Assembly (NCBI GenBank): GCA_042642485.1
Contig: JBHRNN010000001.1
Coordinates: forward strand, 48,621-112,620
Source of the DNA: Candidatus Saccharimonas sp.
GTDB lineage: Bacteria > Patescibacteriota > Saccharimonadia > Saccharimonadales > Saccharimonadaceae
Length of the DNA: 64,000 nucleotides
Direction of reading: 5' to 3'
Positions 9,299 to 17,054 of the stretch are shown here, piece by piece. Position 1 is the stretch's first letter; every line of letters begins with the position of its first letter. The notes beneath the pieces are model-generated. The model was not told the origin of the DNA and made no database searches. It saw only the letters and a program-made list of their open reading frames with translations. The translations under genes were made by a program, and so were the position numbers.

Positions 9299-9714
9299 GA
9301 ACGGACGAAGGTTTTACAATTGTTGAAGTGGTAGTTACGCTGTTGTTTATTTCGATAATATCGCTTGGTATATTAACGATGCATACCCAGGTTAGTATAC
9401 TCTCGATTATCAACCGCCAGGATCAAAAGGCTAGTTATTTAGCGTACGATAATATGCGTAAATATGTCAACGGAGCTCCGCCAACGTGGTTTTTGTGTAC
9501 CGATCCGCTGCCAGGCGCTGTGCAGCAAGTATTGCTTGATTCAGAAGGGCATATTAGTGAGTTGCCCGGAACCACCAAGCAAAAAGTTGTGGCATCGGCG
9601 CCGTATGGTTGCGGTGACACTGTCAGCAGTTTGGGTATGCCGATTCGTGTTGAGTCTGTAGTAACATATGGTAATGGTAAGAGGGTAACCCATGTTGCAT
9701 ATGCGGCATTCTAG
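9286..9714 (+). CDS. Type IV pilin-like protein (PilV-like minor pilin)
   Basis: G|FTIVEVVVTLLFISIISLGI prepilin motif. Confidence 0.85.
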   Translation: MVKVRTDEGFTIVEVVVTLLFISIISLGILTMHTQVSILSIINRQDQKASYLAYDNMRKYVNGAPPTWFLCTDPLPGAVQQVLLDSEGHISELPGTTKQKVVASAPYGCGDTVSSLGMPIRVESVVTYGNGKRVTHVAYAAF

Positions 9715-10585
9715 TCGGTCTGGATTCACTATCGTAGAGCTAATGGTGACGACGTTTGTTATGTTTATAGTGGTTGTAGTATTTGGCGGTATTATATCAG
9801 CATCCTACCGTCAGGCTATAGCAGCAGATGCGCTTGCTTCAATGACGCGTGATATGCACGTGACGATGGACGCTATCGAAATGGATGTTTTAGCTTCAGT
9901 CGAGATTGCCTCTACTTCTAGAAGGGGTGATATGAATATGCTTGATCGATACGGATATAGCGCTGTAAGTAATCCTGCACCTACTCTGCAAACTTGGAAA
10001 TATTTTGGTGGAGGTAGCAACAAACGAGCCTTGCTCCTGATACAATATGCGACTAATTTGCGGCGCGGGGCAGGCTCTCGCGAAGTAGTTTACGCCGCAA
10101 CAAAAAGGTTTAATTGCAGCACAGAAAGACGTCTCCAGCCAAAATACAGACAGATGGTGATCTACTTCATGCGGGACAATACATTGTATCGAAGGGTTAT
10201 ATTTGATGATATAAAAAGCGAAAGATACAAAGCCCTTGGTGTTAACGCTTCTGCTATATGTGGTACCGGTGATGAAAATAACGAATTTTGGCGCAAGATA
10301 GCAGTACAATCTATACCTCCGCAGTCATCCGAATTTACTGGCAGTGCAACGCCAGGGCGATCACTTTATCGCGACGAAACAATTGCTCGCAACGTTTCGG
10401 CATTTGATGTTCAATATTTTAAGGATGATACGCCAATAGCCAACCAGTACGATGCTGCTCACAGTTCCGACCATATGTTTGAAAATGCTAACAAGGTTAA
10501 AATTGATATAACAATTAGTCCTCCTGTGGGGGGAGTGTCTAAAATATCTCAGTCATTAACTGTTCGGAAAGGAAATGAGGAATGA
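9692..10585 (+). CDS. Type IV pilin-like protein (PilW-like minor pilin)
   Basis: G|FTIVELMVTTFVMFIVVVV; typical IYFMRDNTLYRR and IARNVSAFDVQYF segments. Confidence 0.85.
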   Translation: MLHMRHSSRSGFTIVELMVTTFVMFIVVVVFGGIISASYRQAIAADALASMTRDMHVTMDAIEMDVLASVEIASTSRRGDMNMLDRYGYSAVSNPAPTLQTWKYFGGGSNKRALLLIQYATNLRRGAGSREVVYAATKRFNCSTERRLQPKYRQMVIYFMRDNTLYRRVIFDDIKSERYKALGVNASAICGTGDENNEFWRKIAVQSIPPQSSEFTGSATPGRSLYRDETIARNVSAFDVQYFKDDTPIANQYDAAHSSDHMFENANKVKIDITISPPVGGVSKISQSLTVRKGNEE

Positions 10586-12345
10586 TTCGCTTTGATAAGG
10601 GCTATTCTCTAGCAGTAATGATTATAATGACAACATTTATATTGGCGGTGCTAGCAGCTGCATATCGCGTTACTACGCGTTCGTATATTTATTCTCGCGA
10701 GGAGTATTATTATAAGCTGGCTCAAGAAGCTGGCGAATCGGGGACGGCGGCAGCTAATGCGTGTCTAGATATAAACAACTGGAAACAAACATGGGGTCAT
10801 GTTGCTGGAGCTGCTGGCTTGTATCTAACGCCAAGCAGCGACTGCAAAGGTCAAGATGGTAAGATTCCGACCAATAAATACGTTATGAGCGAAGGTTCGA
10901 TCCGTACAATTTTCACCGTTGGCGATCTTAATTTTCATGATGATCATCATTCGGATGTCTCGGCTGTTGGCAAAACGCAGCTTGTGGACTCTGGCGGTAT
11001 GGTTTTGCGGGAGTACACTGTTTCGGTTAAAAAGCTTATCACGCGTCCCGGTCTGATTGCTACGAAGTCTTCTAGCGGTACATATCGAACGTGCGGTATT
11101 TTGTCTAATAGTATTTGGTGCTGGGGTAGAAACCGCTACGGACAGTTGGGCAATGGGAGGTCTGTTGGTCATAATCCAGGCAATCCAGCAAAAGCTGCGC
11201 TTAGCGTCGATTCCGATATACCAGTCAAAGTAGTTAAACAAACAGGAGTTCTCTACGGTAAGAGAATTGATGACTTATTTACCGCCCAGTATCATAGTTG
11301 CGCTCTGGCTGAAGGTAAAGTTTATTGCTGGGGCTACAATGGTACTGGTCAGCTTGGTAATGGACGATCCGGCGACGAAGAACATTCAAATGTTCCTATT
11401 GAGGTTAAGGGGGCGCTGGCTGGCAAAACAGTAACTAGCATCGGCGGTTCATATAATACTTCGTGCGCCATTGCTGGCGGCAAAATATATTGCTGGGGCG
11501 AGGGTTATCACGGTGTGACTGGTACTGGTGACAAAACAAAGGTGCGCCCATGGCCGACTTTAGTTAGAGCAGGTGTTTCTGGCGGTCTGCCGAATAATTA
11601 TACGGCAACTGCGTTAGCGACCAGTGGTACGCGGTCGATGAATATGTGCGCTATCGCCAATGGCTTTGCTTATTGCTGGGGTCAGAATAATGTTGGTCAA
11701 ATTGGCAATAATACCTTTGCTAGTCCTGCTGATAAGCCAGTATACAGCCCGATGAAAGTTTCTGGTTTGACTAATGTTACAAATATATCGCAGGACGGAT
11801 ATTTGGCTCAAAGCGGCGAGCCAGACAGATTTACTCATGTATGCGCTGCTGCTAACGGCGAGGCATACTGCTGGGGTAATGGTCGTGCTGGGCAATTAGG
11901 TATGAATTATATTGGTTATATTAGTAAAAAGGCTACGCCAGTTAAGGTTGACAGACCAGCAGGCCTGTCTCCGTCAGATAAAGTGAAAAAGGTCGAAGTG
12001 GGTATTTGGCATTCGTGTATGTTGATGACCAGCGGCAGGGTGTTCTGCTGGGGGACGAATGCTTACGGTCATTTGGGGGCAAATCTCCCTCTTGGCGCGC
12101 TTCCCAACAACCGATCGGTAAAACCGATAGAGATATTGGTTGGTCCAGGCGGAATTCCGGCAGGACAGAGAATAATTGATATTGCTGCTGGCGCTAACCG
12201 CGGATGCGCAGTGGTGGAAAACGGGCGTTCGTACTGCTGGGGCTTGAATGACGCTGGGCAAATTGGCGACGGTACTCATATTGATGCTCGTGCGCCAACC
12301 GAGTCGCTGTTCCTGCGCCCGACACAGAATCGATACATCTATTAA
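10582..12345 (+). CDS. PilX-like minor pilin fused to an RCC1-repeat beta-propeller
   Basis: G|YSLAVMII (no Glu5) and LAQEAGESG PilX-like motif; six repeats of the form C.....G..YCWG.N..GQLG. Confidence 0.85.
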   Translation: MIRFDKGYSLAVMIIMTTFILAVLAAAYRVTTRSYIYSREEYYYKLAQEAGESGTAAANACLDINNWKQTWGHVAGAAGLYLTPSSDCKGQDGKIPTNKYVMSEGSIRTIFTVGDLNFHDDHHSDVSAVGKTQLVDSGGMVLREYTVSVKKLITRPGLIATKSSSGTYRTCGILSNSIWCWGRNRYGQLGNGRSVGHNPGNPAKAALSVDSDIPVKVVKQTGVLYGKRIDDLFTAQYHSCALAEGKVYCWGYNGTGQLGNGRSGDEEHSNVPIEVKGALAGKTVTSIGGSYNTSCAIAGGKIYCWGEGYHGVTGTGDKTKVRPWPTLVRAGVSGGLPNNYTATALATSGTRSMNMCAIANGFAYCWGQNNVGQIGNNTFASPADKPVYSPMKVSGLTNVTNISQDGYLAQSGEPDRFTHVCAAANGEAYCWGNGRAGQLGMNYIGYISKKATPVKVDRPAGLSPSDKVKKVEVGIWHSCMLMTSGRVFCWGTNAYGHLGANLPLGALPNNRSVKPIEILVGPGGIPAGQRIIDIAAGANRGCAVVENGRSYCWGLNDAGQIGDGTHIDARAPTESLFLRPTQNRYIY

Positions 12346-12425
12346 AAAACCACTTGCGCTTTCGTTATCGGTGTAGTATTATCAAATTACAATTAACTAA
12401 CATAATAAATAGGGGGCACATTACT

Positions 12426-12872
12426 GTGACAACAAAACAACTTAAAAACCGAGGTTTCACCCTTGTCGAGCTCTTGATTGTGATCGTCATCATCGCGATT
12501 TTGACGGTGATCGCACTGGTTGCATATAATGGTATTCAGAATCAGGCACGCAAAACAACGGCAGAATCAAGTGCTAAGACTGCTGCGGATAAGGTACAGA
12601 TTTATTACACCAAAGAAGGCAAATATCCAACAGATCTAGGTGTACTTGGCTCGGCTAGTGTTAATGAAACGTATCACATTGATTCTAACGCCGTTATATA
12701 TGAGGTCGGTGGAACGTTGCAGGGCGCGTTTTCCGATAAACCAGACAAACCAAACACTGTTGGCTACAAGAGATGCAACGATAATGGTGGGCAAATCTAC
12801 TGGTATGATTTTACTCAAACTGGCGCAGCAGGTAACCAAGTCCGTAAGCTTGGCGACCAGACTGGCTGTTAG
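12426..12872 (+). CDS. Type IV major pilin candidate
   Basis: GTG start after AGGGGG; G|FTLVELLIVIVIIAILTVIALVAYNGIQ; own promoter-like TAGTAT and a downstream terminator. Confidence 0.9.
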   Translation: MTTKQLKNRGFTLVELLIVIVIIAILTVIALVAYNGIQNQARKTTAESSAKTAADKVQIYYTKEGKYPTDLGVLGSASVNETYHIDSNAVIYEVGGTLQGAFSDKPDKPNTVGYKRCNDNGGQIYWYDFTQTGAAGNQVRKLGDQTGC

Positions 12873-12904
12873 TACTGTATAGTAGTACAAAGCTTATAAA
12901 GTAT

Positions 12905-12935
12905 AAAATACTCCGGCTTCTGTCGGAGTATTTTT
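12905..12935. terminator. Bidirectional intrinsic terminator between the pilin gene and glyA
   Basis: AAAATACTCCGGC-TTCT-GTCGGAGTATTTTT hairpin with A/T tails. Confidence 0.85.
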
Positions 12936-12958
12936 GTTTGTTGAGCTGAGCGTGAGTC

Positions 12959-14230
12959 TTAGATATACTTCAATCCTTGACAAAACTCCCGCACTTCCTC
13001 GCGTAGTACGGCTAGCTTCTCCTCGTCTTCGCGGGCGTCAATCGCTTGTTTGATCCATTCAGCGATCCGTGTCATGTCGTCGGGCTGACAGCCGCGGGTG
13101 GTGATGGCGGGCGTGCCTAGGCGAATGCCACTAGGACGGAACATCGGCAGCGGGTCGTCGGGTACGGCGTTGGCGTTTAGTGTCAGACCGATCTTATCGA
13201 TAGCGATCTCGGCAGTTTTGCCATCGATACCAAAGCTCTTGTTGATGTCGGCTAATATCAAGTGATTGCTGGTGCCGCCAGTCACTAATTGGAAGCCGCG
13301 TTTTTGCAGTTCTTCGGCTAGCCGCGCGGCGTTAGCGACGATATTTTTCGCGTAGTCGCAGAACTCGGGCTGCAACGCTTCGCCAAAAGCTACTGCCTTG
13401 GCAGCGATGGTGTTCATATGCGGGCCGCCTTGCATACCAGGGAATACCGATCGATCTATCAGTGTCGGGATGTTCTCAAGCGTTTTGGCGGGTTTTTTGA
13501 GCGGACTAGTCACCTTGCCCATACTGAGTATTAAGCCGCCGCGAGGACCGCGCAGTGTCTTGTGGGTGGTAGTAGTCATGACATGAAAGCCGTAGTCAAG
13601 CGGATTCTTGGCTACGCCGCCAGCGATCAGCCCGGCAATATGCGCTACGTCGGCCATCAGCAGGCAGCCGTCGATTTCGCGGCCGATTTCGACGAATTTC
13701 GCCCAATCCATTTCGCGCGGGTAGGCGCTAAAACCTGCTAGAATAATGCGCGGCTGGTGTTCGTGCGCTAGGCGACGAATCTCTTTATAATCGATTTCGC
13801 CAGTTTCGATATTTTTCATTTTGTACGGAATGAAGTTGTATAAGTGAGCACTGCGAGTGACAGGCGAGCCGTGCGTCAGGTGTCCACCATGGCTCAAGTC
13901 CATTGCCAAGATGCTATCGCCTGGCTGGCACCAAGCGCTATAGACCGCTTCGTTAGCTGGCGCACCGCTGTGCGGCTGGACGTTGGCGTGGTCAGCGCGG
14001 AATAATTTCTTGGCGCGGTCGATGGCTAGTTGTTCGACGCGGTCGGTGAATTGTTGGCCGCCGTAATAGCGTCGGCCAGGGTACCCTTCGCTGTATTTGT
14101 TGGTAAAAACACTACCAAGTGCTTTTCGCACGTCCTGGCTAACGTAATTTTCACTTGGTATCAATTCCAAACCGTCGCGTTGGCGTTCTTCTTCGCCAGC
14201 GATGCAAGCGGCAACTTCGGTGTCTGTCAT
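12959..14230 (-). CDS. glyA: Serine hydroxymethyltransferase
   Basis: LIPSEN, NKYSEGYPGRRYYGG, GGHLTHG, TTTTHKTLRGPRGG, SGIRLGTPAITTRG. Confidence 0.97.
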   Translation of the reverse strand: MTDTEVAACIAGEEERQRDGLELIPSENYVSQDVRKALGSVFTNKYSEGYPGRRYYGGQQFTDRVEQLAIDRAKKLFRADHANVQPHSGAPANEAVYSAWCQPGDSILAMDLSHGGHLTHGSPVTRSAHLYNFIPYKMKNIETGEIDYKEIRRLAHEHQPRIILAGFSAYPREMDWAKFVEIGREIDGCLLMADVAHIAGLIAGGVAKNPLDYGFHVMTTTTHKTLRGPRGGLILSMGKVTSPLKKPAKTLENIPTLIDRSVFPGMQGGPHMNTIAAKAVAFGEALQPEFCDYAKNIVANAARLAEELQKRGFQLVTGGTSNHLILADINKSFGIDGKTAEIAIDKIGLTLNANAVPDDPLPMFRPSGIRLGTPAITTRGCQPDDMTRIAEWIKQAIDAREDEEKLAVLREEVREFCQGLKYI

Positions 14231-14318
14231 GATTATCCTCCTTTTTCTTATCTATATTTTAGCACTTATAATCATTTACTGTAACGTTTTGAAATAGAGT
14301 TGGTTGCGATTGAATTTC

Positions 14319-14347
14319 TTGACAATATATCATATCAGGTATATTAT
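14319..14347 (+). promoter_or_regulatory. Sigma70-type promoter of HTH-murA (leaderless) with an imperfect palindrome in the spacer
   Basis: TTGACA (14319-14324), 17 nt spacer, TATTAT (14342-14347), 6 nt, ATG. AATATATC-N6-GGTATATT lies between the boxes. Confidence 0.7.
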
Positions 14348-14353
14348 GGTGAC

Positions 14354-15877
14354 ATGAAAACGGCGAAGTATCTCAAAAATATTGGCGCGCTCATCCAAGA
14401 AACGCGCCAAGCACGCAATATGACTCAAAACGAACTGGCAGAGGAGCTTGGCACTAGCCAGTCGGCAATTAATCGAATCGAGAACGGCAAGCAGAATATC
14501 AGTCTCGAAATGATCGCGCGTATCGGCGAGGTGTTGTCAAGCGAAATAGTACGGATTAATAGCTCGGGCAAAACTAACTTTCGTATCAACGGCGGCCGGG
14601 AGCTGCATGGTGAAATTGAAATCAAAACTAGTAAGAATGCTGCTGTTGGATTGCTGTGTGCTAGTCTACTCAACAAAGGCAAAACGACGCTGCGCCGGGT
14701 AGCACGGATTGAGGAAGTTAATCGAATTATTGAGGTTCTGGAAAGTATAGGCGTGCGATGCCGCTGGATTGGCGAACACGATCTAGAGATTGATCCGCCG
14801 AAAGCCTTGCAGCTCGACAGTATGGATGTCGAGGCTGCTAAGCGAACGCGCAGTATCATTATGTTTTTGGGTCCGCTATTGCACCAATACGAGACGTTCA
14901 AGATACCGTTTGCTGGCGGCTGCAGCCTGGGTACGCGGACGGTTGAGCCGCATATGGCGGGTCTAGCACCGTTTGGTTTGAGCGTCGAAGCAGCCAATGA
15001 CAACTATATTGCCACGTCTAAGCCGCAGCATGTCGACCGAGCGATTATTTTAACTGAACGCGGCGATACAGTTACCGAGAATGTTGTTATGGCGGCGGCG
15101 CTTTATGATGGTACAACTATTATTCGCAATGCTAGCCCGAACTATATGGTGCAAGATGTTTGTTTCTTTCTAGAAAAGCTAGGTGTCAAAATAGAGGGCA
15201 TCGGTACCACTGTTCTCAAGATTACTGGCAAAAAATCAATTGACTGCGACGTCGAGTACTTCCCAAGCGAAGACCCAATTGAAGCGATGAGTTTCGTGGC
15301 GGCTGGTGTCGTGACTGGTTCAGAAATTACTATCAGGCGCGTGCCGATTGAATTTATGGAGCTAGAGCTAGCGACTTTGGCGGGTATGGGCCTGCAGTAC
15401 GATATTTCCGAAGAGTACATGGCGCGCAATGGTTGCACTCGTCTAGTTGATATCGTGCTCAAAAAATCCGAATTGCATGCTCCAAAAGATAAAATTCATG
15501 CTCTGCCGTTTCCGGGTATCAACATGGATAATCTACCGTTCTTAGGATTATGTGCCACGGTAGCCAAGGGTCGCACGCTGATTCACGACTGGAGCTACGA
15601 AAATCGAGCAATCTACTTTACTGAACTGACTAAGATGAATGCTCAAGTAAATATGGTCGATCCGCACCGGGTTTATATCTCTGGCCCGACTCGCTGGAAG
15701 CCGGCTGATATCACAGCACCAGCCGCACTGCGTCCGAGCGTGGTGATTTTGCTAGCGATGCTGGCGGCGCCTGGCAAATCGGTACTGCGCGATGTTTACA
15801 ATATCAATCGCGGCTACGAAGATATTGCTAACCGCCTGAACTCGCTAGGTGCAGATATCGAAACCGTTTGGGAATAG
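14354..15877 (+). CDS. murA: UDP-N-acetylglucosamine 1-carboxyvinyltransferase with an N-terminal XRE-family HTH
   Basis: HTH_3-like MTQNELAEELGTSQSAINRIENGKQN; then KTSKNAA, AGGCSLGTRTVEPH, PFPGINMD, INRGYE. Confidence 0.9.
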   Translation: MKTAKYLKNIGALIQETRQARNMTQNELAEELGTSQSAINRIENGKQNISLEMIARIGEVLSSEIVRINSSGKTNFRINGGRELHGEIEIKTSKNAAVGLLCASLLNKGKTTLRRVARIEEVNRIIEVLESIGVRCRWIGEHDLEIDPPKALQLDSMDVEAAKRTRSIIMFLGPLLHQYETFKIPFAGGCSLGTRTVEPHMAGLAPFGLSVEAANDNYIATSKPQHVDRAIILTERGDTVTENVVMAAALYDGTTIIRNASPNYMVQDVCFFLEKLGVKIEGIGTTVLKITGKKSIDCDVEYFPSEDPIEAMSFVAAGVVTGSEITIRRVPIEFMELELATLAGMGLQYDISEEYMARNGCTRLVDIVLKKSELHAPKDKIHALPFPGINMDNLPFLGLCATVAKGRTLIHDWSYENRAIYFTELTKMNAQVNMVDPHRVYISGPTRWKPADITAPAALRPSVVILLAMLAAPGKSVLRDVYNINRGYEDIANRLNSLGADIETVWE

Positions 15878-15910
15878 TGACAATCAAGCGCCTGTCTGCT
15901 ATAGTAATAA

Positions 15911-16031
15911 ATGCCCTGGGAAGGGGTAATGCGGAGGAAGTAGCTCAGTTGGACAGCCGTGAGCATCAAAAATAGCGCTCGCTCTAACCAACTGACAAGA
16001 TTCTGCTAGTACATTTCGTAGTATTTATTAT
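15911..16031 (+). other. Structured leader upstream of tRNA-His containing sense and antisense tRNA fragments
   Basis: 15936-15952 is identical to 16035-16051; 15980-15995 is the reverse complement of 16044-16059; TGCTATAGT -10-like element near 15897-15905. Confidence 0.6.
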
Positions 16032-16109
16032 GGCGGAAGTAGCTCAGTTGGTTAGAGCGCTGGATTGTGGCTCCGGAGGCCGTGGGTTCGAATCCCATCT
16101 TTCGCCCCA
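16032..16109 (+). tRNA. tRNA-His(GTG)
   Basis: G-1, anticodon arm CTGGA-TTGTGGC-TCCGG, C73, encoded CCA. Confidence 0.95.
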
Positions 16110-16112
16110 AAT

Positions 16113-16149
16113 AAAACACCCGGTTTTCTTCATTAGTCTCGGGTGTTTT
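16113..16149. terminator. Bidirectional intrinsic terminator
   Basis: AAAACACCCGG...TCGGGTGTTTT inverted repeat between convergent genes. Confidence 0.75.
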
Positions 16150-16171
16150 ATTTGACTCTAAATCATAAATA

Positions 16172-16582
16172 CTATCGGTTGAACGGGTCGCGCGACGGCT
16201 TGATCGGCTCGGTGAAGGTGCGCGACGGAACGTCTGGCTCGGTTGTAGGCGTGATGAGTGACGATTTATTTGTCTGCGTCGTTCCGCCTTGTGAGTTTGC
16301 GTCAGAAACCCGCGAGCTTTGCGGCTGGCGGCTGTCGGTTATTTGCGTTCCATTAGCATTGGCTGCGGCAATTTGCTGGTCTTGCCAGGCTTTGCGATAA
16401 GCGTGTCTAACTCCAGAATCTTTGTATGCGCCGATATATTGCCGGTTGGTGTTTTGGCGCCGTTGAAAGCTATTCTTGGCAATCCTGCCGCCAACCTGCG
16501 GCTTGTTATTGGTTAATCCGCTTGAATGCATAGCATCGCTCTGTGTGCTATTAGTTGAGAAGCGGTCAAATAAACGTCCCAT
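16172..16582 (-). CDS. Hypothetical low-complexity protein
   Basis: Start MGRLFDRF at 16582, 6 nt after TATAAT. The longer ORF extension is antisense to tRNAs. Confidence 0.6.
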   Translation of the reverse strand: MGRLFDRFSTNSTQSDAMHSSGLTNNKPQVGGRIAKNSFQRRQNTNRQYIGAYKDSGVRHAYRKAWQDQQIAAANANGTQITDSRQPQSSRVSDANSQGGTTQTNKSSLITPTTEPDVPSRTFTEPIKPSRDPFNR

Positions 16583-16623
16583 GCTTTTATTATACACTAA
16601 CGTAATGATATAATGTATAGCGC

Positions 16624-16698
16624 GCGGGTGTAGTACAGCGGTTAGTATGCGAGTTTTCCAAACTCGAGATCGGAGTTCGATTCTCCGCACCCGCACCA
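16624..16698 (+). tRNA. tRNA-Gly(TCC)
   Basis: GCGGGTG/CACCCGC acceptor stem; CGAGT-TTTCCAA-ACTCG anticodon arm; A73 then CCA. Confidence 0.95.
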
Positions 16699-16708
16699 AA
16701 AGACGTTT

Positions 16709-16785
16709 GCCCCGATAGCTCAGCTGGATAGAGCAGGAGACTTCTAAGCTCAAGGCCGCAGGTTCGAACCCTGCTCGGGGTACCA
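16709..16785 (+). tRNA. tRNA-Arg(TCT)
   Basis: Normal acceptor, D and T arms; loop CTTCTAA; anticodon stem GGAGA/GCTCA has two mismatches. Confidence 0.9.
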
Positions 16786-16805
16786 TTATTCAACTAACCG
16801 ATAAT

Positions 16806-16833
16806 AAAAACTCATCGCAATGATGAGTTTTTT
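16806..16833. terminator. Bidirectional terminator between convergent tRNAs
   Basis: AAAAACTCATC-GCAAT-GATGAGTTTTT. Confidence 0.85.
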
Positions 16834-16846
16834 ACATGGAGTTTCG

Positions 16847-16923
16847 TGGAGGGCCAGGAGGGGCTCGAACCCTCGACACCCTGCTTAAGAGGCAGGTGCT
16901 CTAACCAGCTGAGCTACTGGCCC
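16847..16923 (-). tRNA. tRNA-Lys(CTT)
   Basis: Anticodon arm CCTGC-CTCTTAA-GCAGG; encoded CCA. Confidence 0.95.
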
Positions 16924-17054
16924 TTATCTTTTCATTATAGCATAGATAGAGGTAAAAGTAAATATGAACGCTAGGAGTTTTCGGTCTGTTGGGTAGTCGA
17001 ATGATGACGCTTACTCTTGCTAATTCTGTGAAAATCGACGATAATATACGAATA

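Noticed and set aside
11100..12280. Periodic TGCTGGGG repeats as a CRISPR array or DGR
   Set aside because: They are coding RCC1 repeats (CWG) with irregular spacing; no cas or reverse transcriptase gene and no adenine-specific TR/VR pair was seen.
15931..15995. Second tRNA, SRP RNA or prophage att site upstream of tRNA-His
   Set aside because: No anticodon or T arm. The SRP-like GGAAG-AGC resemblance is explained by the tRNA copy. att duplications usually involve tRNA 3' ends, and no integrase is present.
16583..16793. ORF extensions MVPRAGFEPAALSLEV and MNNGTPSRVRT
   Set aside because: Antisense translations of tRNA-Gly and tRNA-Arg.
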